Assembly: GCA_963715865.1 (NCBI GenBank)
Contig: OY970280.1
Location: 1,248,001-1,312,000, forward strand
DNA length: 64,000 nt
Source of the DNA: Candidatus Bathyarchaeota archaeon
Lineage (GTDB): Archaea; Thermoproteota; Bathyarchaeia; Bathyarchaeales; Bathycorpusculaceae
Direction of reading: 5' to 3'
Below, piece after piece: positions 38,357 through 47,449 of this stretch (position 1 is the stretch's first letter; each line of letters opens with the position of its first letter). The notes under the pieces were generated by a model. The model did not search any database and was not told the DNA's origin. It saw only the letters and a list, made by a program, of their open reading frames with translations. The translations under genes were made by a program, and so were the position numbers.

Positions 38357-40015
38357 TTGCTTATGAGTTTGTGGATTAATATGATAGTAAATTCTATCGA
38401 TTTTGCTCAATCAAAGGCAAATAAGCAGATGCCCCCATTGAAGCATTCTTCAAAAACCCCTTCCCAAGGCAAAGATTACAGCGATGATAACCGCAGGGAT
38501 TTACCTGAAGAGTTTGGAATAAGCAGTCAACAATTCCAAACTATTTTCTCTAACCTAACTCGAGGCGGCATCGCTTTGTGCAAAATAGTTTATGACGAAA
38601 AAGGGGTTCCAGTTGATTTCATCCTGCTAGAGGCAAACCCGTCATTCGAGGCGATATTTGGGGTTAAAAGAGAGCAGATAATCCTCAAGAAAGCGACCCA
38701 GTTTGACCCTGAAATAAAAGAATCCTTTGCAGATTATATTGGCATGTATGGCAGAGTAGCCACGACTGGTATGCCAGAGGTATGTGAGGTTTACTTTCAG
38801 CCCCAAGATAAGTGTTATCAAGTTTACGCTTACAGTCCAAAAAAGGATTATGTTATTGCTGTATTTATTGATGTAACCGCGCGCAAAAACGTCGAACAGC
38901 AATCTATCATGTCCGAAAAACGGTTCCGAAGGCTTTACGAGACGACCCAAGACGGAATTATGGCGCGGGACCTACAGGGGAATATGATTGATTGCAACAA
39001 TGCCTACGCGAAAATGCTTGGGTACTCAAAAAAAGAACTAAGACGCCTCACTGTCCAGCAGTTATTGCCAGAAAAGTGGCATGAACAGAGAGAAAAAATC
39101 GTTAACAATGTGCTGCAAACTGGGCGCTCCATAGTTTTTGAAAGAGAATATAAGCGGAAAGATGGCTTAATTTTTCCAGCATCTGTTAGAACTTGGCGAC
39201 TGACTGATGGAAAAGGAAAAGTAGTAGGAACATGGTCCATCGTTCGAGATATCAGCGAGCAAAAGGAGCTTCAAAAAAATCTTGAAAAACACGCTGGAAC
39301 TTTAAAAAAAATAGTTGAGGAACGAACAAAGCAACTTAAAGCCTCTGAGCGCTTAGCAGCTATTGGTCAAACCGCAGGTATGGTTGGGCATGACCTTCGC
39401 AATCCGCTGCAAACGGTAATCGGCGAATTATATCTGGCAAAATGCGAAGTTGAATCGCTTCCTGAAAGCGAACTTAAGAGCAATTTACAGGAGAGCATAC
39501 AGGTAATAGAAGAGCAAGCAGTCTACATGGACAAGATTGTTTCTGACTTGCAAGCGTTCGTACGACCCGTCAAGATAGATAAAAAACCAATCAACCTAAA
39601 GGAACTTGTTACCGTCGTCTTTGCCTCTGTTGCCATTTCATTAAACATTGATGCGCAAGCGCATATAAAAGAAGATTTTCCGCAAGTGAAAGCTGACCCA
39701 CAGCTTCTAAAGAGGGTTCTAATCAACTTAGTAACTAACGCAGTGCAAGCCATGCCTGACGGCGGAAAACTAACATTAAGTGCACGAATCAACAGTCAAA
39801 ACCAAGTAGTTCTAACAGTAGAAGACACTGGTGTTGGCATACCTGAAAAAATTAAACCCCAAATCTTCACGCCACTATTCACCACTAAACCAAGAGGGCA
39901 AGGCTTCGGCTTAGCCGTCTGCAAACGAGTAATAGAAGCGCACGGCGGCACAATCAGTTTCGAAAGCCAAAGGGGCAAGGGAGCAAAATTCACAATTCAG
40001 TTTCCAGCCAGTTAA
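38357..40015 (+). CDS. PAS-domain sensor histidine kinase
   Basis: Two PAS-like domains, GHDLRNPL, NLVTNA, EDTGVG, GQGFGL; exact start uncertain. Confidence 0.9.
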   Translation: MLMSLWINMIVNSIDFAQSKANKQMPPLKHSSKTPSQGKDYSDDNRRDLPEEFGISSQQFQTIFSNLTRGGIALCKIVYDEKGVPVDFILLEANPSFEAIFGVKREQIILKKATQFDPEIKESFADYIGMYGRVATTGMPEVCEVYFQPQDKCYQVYAYSPKKDYVIAVFIDVTARKNVEQQSIMSEKRFRRLYETTQDGIMARDLQGNMIDCNNAYAKMLGYSKKELRRLTVQQLLPEKWHEQREKIVNNVLQTGRSIVFEREYKRKDGLIFPASVRTWRLTDGKGKVVGTWSIVRDISEQKELQKNLEKHAGTLKKIVEERTKQLKASERLAAIGQTAGMVGHDLRNPLQTVIGELYLAKCEVESLPESELKSNLQESIQVIEEQAVYMDKIVSDLQAFVRPVKIDKKPINLKELVTVVFASVAISLNIDAQAHIKEDFPQVKADPQLLKRVLINLVTNAVQAMPDGGKLTLSARINSQNQVVLTVEDTGVGIPEKIKPQIFTPLFTTKPRGQGFGLAVCKRVIEAHGGTISFESQRGKGAKFTIQFPAS

Positions 40016-40308
40016 GGCTCAACCATTTCCTTCTCTTTATCTGAGCCCTTCAATTTCTGCCTAAAAGTGTAAATGAAAGCTACGAACCAGAACACCACGG
40101 TTGCCCACCCCAATGCAAAACCGATTACGTTTCCCAGCAGGTAGTAGGCTACTTCAAAGCCAACGATTGATACAAACGTTAAGAAAGCGCCGACAATGCT
40201 ATACCCACGCAGCACTTTTCTGTTTTTAATAACCGCTCTCAGCATCAAGATTAAGGCGATAAAATTTATTATGCTAGCGAAACTTAAAGCTAAATTAGCC
40301 GCGTCCAT
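40012..40308 (-). CDS. Small three-TM membrane protein
   Basis: 98-aa hydrophobic ORF. Confidence 0.6.
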   Translation of the reverse strand: MDAANLALSFASIINFIALILMLRAVIKNRKVLRGYSIVGAFLTFVSIVGFEVAYYLLGNVIGFALGWATVVFWFVAFIYTFRQKLKGSDKEKEMVEP

Positions 40309-40450
40309 ACTGCCCTTTTTCCCTTAAGTTTCAACTGTTTTGCACAACTTAAGACTTACGCAGATACCAAGCTCTAAGATGTAAAATAACTTAAATGTAA
40401 TCACCGCCATGCATATGGAGACCGCGAATAAGAGGGGTGAATTTTTAAGA

Positions 40451-40585
40451 ATGATTTCTCGAGATTGCGACGGATGCGGACTGCAGAAACCATGCATTAA
40501 ACGCTACCGCAAAGTATCTGAAGGCGAAAAGGTTTACTGTCCAGACGGAACAGCACACCTAGTAGACAACGCAAGCAGCGCATAA
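40451..40585 (+). CDS. 44-aa CDGC...CPDGTAH microprotein, copy 1 (not in ORF track)
   Basis: MISRDCDGCGLQKPCIKRYRKVSEGEKVYCPDGTAHLVDNASSA; GGGGTGA upstream; paralogue at 54091-54216. Confidence 0.8.
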   Translation: MISRDCDGCGLQKPCIKRYRKVSEGEKVYCPDGTAHLVDNASSA

Positions 40586-40706
40586 CTGTGCAGAAAGAAA
40601 AGAATAGCCTCAGTATTCTTCACCACTAATTTTTCCGTATTACTTTTATTTTGTACATAGAGCTTTTTAGGCTAAACCCTTTGCAATCCTTTATGAGACC
40701 AGCCTA

Positions 40707-40934
40707 ATGGAAAATATCGTTAAAGTAACAAGAAATGGGCAAGTCACTATTCCCAAAAAGCTAAGAATAAAATTTGGCATTAAAGAAGGAGACAAACTAG
40801 CCGTAGAATTAACAGAAAAAGGCATACTCTTTCGAAAGATTCCACGCCTTGAAGAAATGGCAGGCGTAGACGCGAAATACGGCAATGTCGATGAAATAAA
40901 GAAAGAGATTGATAAACTCAGAGAAGCGTACTAA
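40707..40934 (+). CDS. AbrB/MazE-type antitoxin-like protein, no intact toxin partner
   Basis: VKVTRNGQVTIPKKLRIKFGIKEGD. Confidence 0.85.
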   Translation: MENIVKVTRNGQVTIPKKLRIKFGIKEGDKLAVELTEKGILFRKIPRLEEMAGVDAKYGNVDEIKKEIDKLREAY

Positions 40935-40962
40935 CTTGAAAAAGCTCCTGCATGATCGCCAG

Positions 40963-41448
40963 CTAAATATAATAGAATAGTCGGTCGAGTATTTTCAGAG
41001 AGTGCCCAAAAGCCAAGTCACAAAGTTCCTCATCGTTTTCAAATATTTCGTAGCTTATTCTTGCTATCTTCACCGAGCCTATAACTTGGCTACTTATATC
41101 CATGCCTTTCTCAAAGAATACAACAGCATGTTTCCCTTTATCAGGTAAATTAACACATGTAAAGGTTAGTTCAGTATTTACGCCGAGGTTGTCGGCATCT
41201 TTGAAGAAGACGAACATTGGAACATGCGCCCATGTGTTTATGTAGAGACGACTTTTCTTTGTAAAATGCTCGTCCATATCCTCGCTAAATTTTTTTCGAT
41301 CAGGAAAGTTTTTGACTAGCTTAGTCATTTCAAATTTTCTTGCTATTAAGCAGTCTTGGAGGGATTCTAATCTTTTTAGGTGAGACTTTGGTCTGTACGG
41401 ACCTAGTATTAGAATGTGCAGCCTTCGTTTGTGCTGGTTAAGATCCAT
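40963..41448 (-). CDS. Hypothetical protein, possible NDT/TIR-like flavodoxin fold
   Basis: ILILGPY...FVFF...GVNTEL...AVVF beta/alpha pattern; AT-rich. Confidence 0.55.
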   Translation of the reverse strand: MDLNQHKRRLHILILGPYRPKSHLKRLESLQDCLIARKFEMTKLVKNFPDRKKFSEDMDEHFTKKSRLYINTWAHVPMFVFFKDADNLGVNTELTFTCVNLPDKGKHAVVFFEKGMDISSQVIGSVKIARISYEIFENDEELCDLAFGHSLKILDRLFYYI

Positions 41449-41563
41449 AGTAAGCCAACTGGCTCCGAGATTGTCTTTAGCTGAGGATTATTCCTAAATT
41501 CTTAAATAATAGTACGTTAATTTCATTAATACAGGTATAAATTAACTTATACCTGAAAAGGCG

Positions 41564-41923
41564 ATGTTAAAATTGATGAACAAAATCGAAGAATGTGCAA
41601 ATGAAATACCTGAAGAAACTAGGGTAATCATAGCAGCACTCGATAATCCAATTCGACAAGCAATTCTTGTACTACTAAGCGAAAGAAAAGAGTTGTCTTT
41701 TTCAGACATGCAAAAGGAGTTTGGCATAGAGAAGCTTACGTTAAATTTCCATCTAAAAAAACTGTTCTCCAGCGCCTTAATAGACCATTATTACAAACAC
41801 GAATTAGGAAATCAAAAATACTCTTTTTACGCCATAAACCCGCTTGGAAGTCGAATCCTTGCCAGCCTAAACAACGCATTAATCCCGCCAGCAATAGTTC
41901 AAGAACAACAAACAACAAAATAG
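41564..41923 (+). CDS. ArsR-like winged-helix protein
   Basis: LDNPIRQAILVLL..ELSFSDM..LNFHLKKL. Confidence 0.8.
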   Translation: MLKLMNKIEECANEIPEETRVIIAALDNPIRQAILVLLSERKELSFSDMQKEFGIEKLTLNFHLKKLFSSALIDHYYKHELGNQKYSFYAINPLGSRILASLNNALIPPAIVQEQQTTK

Positions 41924-41971
41924 CTTAAGAGCAAAAAACATTTGAATAGTAACAAACCGCCCATTCTAAAT

Positions 41972-42049
41972 TGGTGGACGGGGCGGGATTTGAACCCGCG
42001 ACTTCCACGATGCCAACGTGGCGATCATGCCAGACTGATCTACCCGCCC
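41972..42049 (-). tRNA. tRNA-Ala(GGC)
   Basis: 78-nt cloverleaf; CCACG-UUGGCAU-CGUGG; G3:U70; encoded CCA. Confidence 0.96.
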
Positions 42050-42244
42050 TAAAGCATGTGACTTTTGAAACTTTAGCCAGTGTCATTTAATAAGGGTTTC
42101 TTATGGACTCCAAGGAAGATACCAGAAAAAGCAGAAGGCTTGTAAGTTCTTTTTTGTCATTAATTTGTTTTCGGTTAAGCTTTAATGCAGAGTAGCTTTT
42201 TATAAGGCAAACGCAAATAGAAAAGCCAAGCAAGGTGCCATAAA

Positions 42245-43297
42245 ATGCCCAAAGTAAAAGTTGCATTAATCGGCGTTGGAAACTGCGCCTCAGCCTTCAT
42301 CCAAGGCATACAATACTACGCTAAGCTCCAAAAGCCAGAAGACTGCGTTGGACTGCGCAATCCAGTTTTGGCAGGTTTAAGCCCAAAAGACATCCAGGTG
42401 GTCGCGGCTTTTGATGTGGATGAGCGCAAGGTTGGAAAAGACCTTTCCGAAGCCATTTTTGCCACGCCAAACAACGCGCCAAAGGTTTGTGATGTGCCTG
42501 TAACGGGTGTTAAGGTTAACAAGGGTCCGTTGCTGGATGGTGTTGGAAAATCCACTAAAGCTTTCATACAGGTTAGCAGTGCGTCTGATGCTAACGTTGC
42601 TAAGGTGCTCAAGGATGCGGGCGCTGAAGTAATGGTTAATTTGCTGCCAAGCGGAGCCGCAAAAGCCTCGCAATGGTACGCTGAACAAGCTTTAGCGGCA
42701 GGATGCGCTTTCGTCAACGCTACACCAAACTTCATAGCCAGCGACGCTGCATGGGCTAAACGGTTCGCTGATGCAAAGCTTCCTCTTGTCGGCGACGACT
42801 TGGTGGACCAGGTGGGCTCAACTGCTCTGCACAAAACGCTGCTTAAGCTGCTTTCAGATAACGGGGTAAGAATAGATGAGACTTATCAGCTTGATGTTGG
42901 CGGAGGAACCGAATCCGTTGACACTTTGGACCGCACTCGTGATGCGAAACGCACCATAAAAACTGAGTCAGTAGCTGCATCATTACCTTACAAGGCTGAA
43001 ATTGTGGCTGGCTCAACTGATTACGTGGATTTCCTGCAGAACAAGCGTGACAGTTACTTCTGGATAAGCGGCGTCTACTTCTGCAATGCACCAATGAAGA
43101 TTGACCTCAAATTCCAAACTGTTGACGCGCCAAACGCTGGCTCAGTGCTCTTTGATGTGGTGCGAGCCGTGAAACTTGCGTTAAATAAGAAGCTAAAAGG
43201 TGCCGTGGAGCCAGTGTGTGCTTATGCGTTTAAACGTCCACCGCAAATGGTGCCGCTTGGGGTTGCAGAAGCAGAATTTGCCAAGTTCGTAGCTTAA
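42245..43297 (+). CDS. ino1: myo-Inositol-1-phosphate synthase
   Basis: IGVGNCASA, FVNATP, GDD, YQLDVGG, DAPNAGS. Confidence 0.9.
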   Translation: MPKVKVALIGVGNCASAFIQGIQYYAKLQKPEDCVGLRNPVLAGLSPKDIQVVAAFDVDERKVGKDLSEAIFATPNNAPKVCDVPVTGVKVNKGPLLDGVGKSTKAFIQVSSASDANVAKVLKDAGAEVMVNLLPSGAAKASQWYAEQALAAGCAFVNATPNFIASDAAWAKRFADAKLPLVGDDLVDQVGSTALHKTLLKLLSDNGVRIDETYQLDVGGGTESVDTLDRTRDAKRTIKTESVAASLPYKAEIVAGSTDYVDFLQNKRDSYFWISGVYFCNAPMKIDLKFQTVDAPNAGSVLFDVVRAVKLALNKKLKGAVEPVCAYAFKRPPQMVPLGVAEAEFAKFVA

Positions 43298-43307
43298 AAC
43301 GTTCAAG

Positions 43308-44450
43308 TTAGCTGAGCTTTGCTAATTGGCTTATTATTTTCTCTTTAACGCCATTTTCTTTCAAAGTGTCTTTTAGGTAGTTTATGGTTTTAACAGGCGT
43401 CGGGTCTACCCCGTGCAGAAGTGCCAAGTAGACGCTTGTGAAGTCGCCGATGCAAATGGTTGACAGCATCTTTGCCAATGGGCTTTTGCCTTGAGCGTAT
43501 ATTTCAAACAGTCCCAAGCCAGCTTGACCTACGAGCTCTTTTGTGATTTCAATTCTGCTGCGAATTTCTGTGGGCTCATCTCTGTCTCTAATGAAGATTG
43601 CAGAGAAACATTTGCCAAGTTCACCAGCCCTTTCCCAACCCACAATCTCATTATGGTTCAGCTCAGAGAAAACCTCCCACTTCGCAGGAACCTTACTGTT
43701 CTCATTGAACTGCTGCTTAAAACGCTCTGCTACACTACGGTAAAAACCGAAACCATAAATCACAGGAGCGGTCTGCCCGATGTTTAAAGCTAAGGTTTTA
43801 GAAACGTTTTCTTTAGCTGGTTTCTCAAGAGAATTATCCCTGCTAATTTTTTCTAGAAGCGCCAAGGCTTCAGAGAGTTCTTCGGAGGCGCCTGAAACCA
43901 AACCCATTTTTTCCATGAGCATTATAAGGGGAACGAACATGTAGGGAAGCGCTGCTCGCGGAGGCATACCGCCGGGAACACGCAGGTACGGTACCTTAAG
44001 CCTTTCAGCGTTTTCCAGCAGGGCGCCGCCGCTGCTTATGCAGTAAATCATGCATTTCCGCTTCAACGCGTCAAGAAAAGCGCTCAGGGATTCTTCTGTG
44101 TCGCCTGAGTAGCTGGTTATTAACACGAGGCTTTTCTTGCCAGCGTACGCCGGTAGCTGGTATTCGCGGTTAACTTCAATCGGTACAGTGGTTTTGTTTC
44201 GCATCCAATCCTTCAGTAAGTCGCCGCCGATTCCTGAGCCGCCCATGCCAGCAACTATAACATTGTCAGGTTTGGAGTAGTTTACTTTGATTTTATTGGT
44301 TAATTTAGCGGCTTCACTGTAAAGCTTAGCGGAATTCATACAAAAATTAATCATGCTTGCTTTATCGACAGTTTTTATTTTTTCAATGTCATCTAAAAGG
44401 GGTTTTGCCAAATTTTCAATCCTCCAGTAACCCGCAGTTTTATATCTCAT
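43308..44450 (-). CDS. Bifunctional phosphoglucose/phosphomannose isomerase
   Basis: GMGGSGIGG, SYSGDTEE, PRAA, QFNENSK, ELNHNEI. Confidence 0.92.
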   Translation of the reverse strand: MRYKTAGYWRIENLAKPLLDDIEKIKTVDKASMINFCMNSAKLYSEAAKLTNKIKVNYSKPDNVIVAGMGGSGIGGDLLKDWMRNKTTVPIEVNREYQLPAYAGKKSLVLITSYSGDTEESLSAFLDALKRKCMIYCISSGGALLENAERLKVPYLRVPGGMPPRAALPYMFVPLIMLMEKMGLVSGASEELSEALALLEKISRDNSLEKPAKENVSKTLALNIGQTAPVIYGFGFYRSVAERFKQQFNENSKVPAKWEVFSELNHNEIVGWERAGELGKCFSAIFIRDRDEPTEIRSRIEITKELVGQAGLGLFEIYAQGKSPLAKMLSTICIGDFTSVYLALLHGVDPTPVKTINYLKDTLKENGVKEKIISQLAKLS

Positions 44451-44512
44451 CCCCTACTTTTAAGCTCAACGCAGATACATGATTAACCAAGCGGCAGGAA
44501 GCAAAAAGCGCC

Positions 44513-45367
44513 ATGGATAAAAAGAAACTAGCAATCGCTATTCCAGCATCGGTAATCTCTGATACGCCGCATTTGCGAGAGAAAACCTCAAAAATCGGCT
44601 TGATTGGAAGGGCAGCGGCGATTTTCAGGGTGGACGAAATCATAGTTTACCCAGACAACCCTAAAGCCAATCAGGCAAGAGACATGGATTTTATCGCTCT
44701 CTTGCTAAATTACCTGGAAACGCCACAGTATCTCCGCAAAAGACTCTTCAAGCTTGAGCCTCGATTGCAATTTGCGGGGATTTTGCCGCCGTTGCGTACG
44801 CCTCATCACCCTGTGAGCGGTAAAACTCGGGATTTGAAGGCTGGTGAGTATCGTGAAGGCGTGGTTTTATCTCAAGCTAAAGAAGGCTTGCTTGTGGACA
44901 TAGGCGTTGACCAACCGGCTCTTTTGAGGGAAAAACAGTTCGCTTTAGGCGACCGCTTAACGCTGCAAGTTGTTAAGGCTGGCGAGCAAGTTGAAGTGCA
45001 AACCGTAAATCGAGATGATGTTCCCGTTTATTGGGGTTTCAGGGTTCGTGCGGAAAAACGACCTTTCCGGCAACTTGTGACGAGCGGCGAGTTTGATTTA
45101 GCTATTGCTACTGCACGGGTTGGTGATAAATTCATGGATGTTGCAGGTGAGATAGGGAAAAAATGGAGCCATGCCCAGCATGTTTTAGTGGCGTTTGGTG
45201 CGCCATCGCGTGGTTTGCATGAAATTGCTAAAGAGGAAGGAGCAGAGCTTGAGGCGATTGTTGATTTTGTTGTAAACATGATTCCTGAGCAGGGAACCGT
45301 GACGGTTAGGACCGAAGAGGCGCTTTTGGCTTCGTTAGCTATTTTGAACATGCAATTTAATTACTAA
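44513..45367 (+). CDS. SPOUT-class RNA methyltransferase (DUF171 type)
   Basis: IGRAAAIFRVDEI, LETPQYLRK, VAFGAP, TVRTEEA. Confidence 0.88.
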   Translation: MDKKKLAIAIPASVISDTPHLREKTSKIGLIGRAAAIFRVDEIIVYPDNPKANQARDMDFIALLLNYLETPQYLRKRLFKLEPRLQFAGILPPLRTPHHPVSGKTRDLKAGEYREGVVLSQAKEGLLVDIGVDQPALLREKQFALGDRLTLQVVKAGEQVEVQTVNRDDVPVYWGFRVRAEKRPFRQLVTSGEFDLAIATARVGDKFMDVAGEIGKKWSHAQHVLVAFGAPSRGLHEIAKEEGAELEAIVDFVVNMIPEQGTVTVRTEEALLASLAILNMQFNY

Positions 45368-45404
45368 ATAATCTGCTTTTGCGCTTTTGGATTATTAGGG
45401 GTAC

Positions 45405-45457
45405 CCTCTTTTTAGCTGTGAAAACTAGGTCTAAAAAGATACCTACCCCTCCCCCTC
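45405..45457. repeat. Imperfect palindromic intergenic element, copy 2
   Basis: CCTCTTTTTAGCT-N8-TAGGTCTAAAAAGA followed by CCCCTCCCCCTC. Confidence 0.6.
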
Positions 45458-45561
45458 ATTTTGCTACTCAAACGCCCAAACAAAATGCGCCAATCCCTCC
45501 TCTTGCAGCCGCTGAAAGGAGCCAGTGTAGCCTCGGGGCATAGAATTAGTGTTTTTTCTGA

Positions 45562-46761
45562 ATGTTTTTTTGGTTTTTAGCTAAAGAAATAAATGCATCG
45601 TTGATTATTTTGCTCTCTATGCCGTCTCTTGACATTGCCATGCCAATCGCCTTGCTGATTGTGGTTACTGTCGCTATGCTTCTTAACAAGCGTGTCGAGG
45701 GAAAATTAGCTGCAACTATTGAAGAAAAAGAGTTCAAGACAAGAGACATAATCCTTCTTGTTGTTTTCATGGCCGTTATAGTTTCCGCTATCGCTTACAC
45801 TTCTTTAATTAATCCGGGAGCAGTCTTCCAAAATATCCTTCTCGTATTCTTTCTCTCATCTTACACTATTCTGCTTTTCACGTTTTCGTACGTTTTCTCT
45901 AACATCACAAAAACAAGGGCACAACTGCTTTCTGTTGGTTTCGGTGTTGCAGGTTTAATTGCTGGATTTGCTTGCCTTTTAGGTCCACTTCAAGATAGCT
46001 TTACAGTTTTCAGGGTAGGGGCGTTTTTTGGTTTAGCAATCTTTTGTTTCGGCGTTGCAGTTTTTGAACAGAAAAAGACGTCTTCTAAAGCGAAGTGGTA
46101 TGTGGCTGTTCAGCCGCCTGCAACGTTCGTTTTACTATTCATATTCTTTAACTTTATTCACAACACCGGTACTTTACAAGTATGGACTCCGTTTCTTATG
46201 GATGTTTTCGGGGTAACATTTGCTATTTTGATAATCTTGTATCTTTCATCAATGTTCTCCTGGAAGACCGTAGGTCTTTTTGCAGTTCTCTTAACAACTA
46301 TGGATATAATTTTGGTTATCGGCACTGGAACAATGGTTCAAGCTGCAAATCAGTTTACTGGGCTTGGTCTTCCAGTGCTGGTTTATTTGCCAAATGTCCC
46401 GCTTATGTTCAGAAATGGTCTTATTTTAAGTAGGGGACTTGGTCTGGGCGACTTTTTCTTTGCAGGCATTCTCGCAGTTCAAACATTCAATAAGTTCGGT
46501 AAAAAAACCGCCTTTATAGCGGTTGTGGCTATGGCTGTGGCTTTCGGCATTTGGGAAGCTTTCTTACCAGACATTTTAGCTTGGCTGCAGCCAATCGTTG
46601 GACGAAACATTGGTGGTTTCCCAGGGACTTTAATGATTATTAGCGGTTGGGCACCCATTATTGCTTGGAAGTTACTTAGCGAAAGAAACAAGACTGCTAA
46701 GATACCAGTTGTTAAGGAAACACCAGAAGCACCCAAAGAACAAAGTTTATCTATACAATAA
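45562..46761 (+). CDS. Presenilin/signal-peptide-peptidase-like GxGD intramembrane protease
   Basis: Multi-TM; TTMDII (first Asp), GLGLGDF (second Asp), PGT at the PAL position. Confidence 0.7.
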   Translation: MFFWFLAKEINASLIILLSMPSLDIAMPIALLIVVTVAMLLNKRVEGKLAATIEEKEFKTRDIILLVVFMAVIVSAIAYTSLINPGAVFQNILLVFFLSSYTILLFTFSYVFSNITKTRAQLLSVGFGVAGLIAGFACLLGPLQDSFTVFRVGAFFGLAIFCFGVAVFEQKKTSSKAKWYVAVQPPATFVLLFIFFNFIHNTGTLQVWTPFLMDVFGVTFAILIILYLSSMFSWKTVGLFAVLLTTMDIILVIGTGTMVQAANQFTGLGLPVLVYLPNVPLMFRNGLILSRGLGLGDFFFAGILAVQTFNKFGKKTAFIAVVAMAVAFGIWEAFLPDILAWLQPIVGRNIGGFPGTLMIISGWAPIIAWKLLSERNKTAKIPVVKETPEAPKEQSLSIQ

Positions 46762-46843
46762 GAGCTTTTTTAGCTTTATTGTTTAGAGTGTAAATAAATA
46801 TTTTTTTGGGGAAAAATTGGTTAAAAATAAAAGTGAGGCTTTT

Positions 46844-47170
46844 TTACCCGAATAGGGCGCCTAATCCTTCTAGCGCTGCGTCTTCTTTGGCTTTTTCTTC
46901 TTCAGCTTTCTTCTTCTTGTCTTCCGGAGCTGCTGCTTTCTGTTCTGCTGGTGCGCCACCTGCTGGAGCTGCTACTGGAGCGGCAGCCATCATTGTTGGC
47001 GCGGCTTTAATAGCTTCATCAATGTTTACTTCGCTGAGAGATGCTACTAGTGCTTTCATTTGTACTGGGTCAACTGTGATTCCTGCTGCTGTCAAAACGT
47101 TTGTGACTGTTTCTTCGTTTATTTCTTTTCCTGCCTTGTGAAGGAGCATCGCTGCGTAAATGTTTTCCAT
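46844..47170 (-). CDS. rpl12: Ribosomal stalk protein aP1/L12
   Basis: IYAAMLLHKAG, Ala-rich hinge, GLGALFG. Confidence 0.95.
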   Translation of the reverse strand: MENIYAAMLLHKAGKEINEETVTNVLTAAGITVDPVQMKALVASLSEVNIDEAIKAAPTMMAAAPVAAPAGGAPAEQKAAAPEDKKKKAEEEKAKEDAALEGLGALFG

Positions 47171-47449
47171 ACCTTTTCACCTCTTCATCGAGCTATTTTA
47201 ACCTTTTTAGCTGGTCAGACCCGCCTCGCTTGAAGAAGCTGGTCGTTACCTTGAATTGGCAGTTGATTCTGCCATTTTCTTGCCGTTTAGAAGAATACCC
47301 AATTACTTAAGAACCTTTCGTACATACATTTCACGTAAATTCATCTCTGCTTTTCTAAGCTGTTTTTCCATGCGAAAAGTGGCTGATTTCTCAATAACGC
47401 TTATCTTTAAGACGAGGCACAATGCGGTGATTCATAGGTTAATGATAGT

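Noticed and set aside
40950-40961. 12-bp match to tRNA-Ala as an att site
   Set aside because: It matches the D-arm region in inverted orientation rather than as a direct repeat of the 3' end; short enough to be chance.
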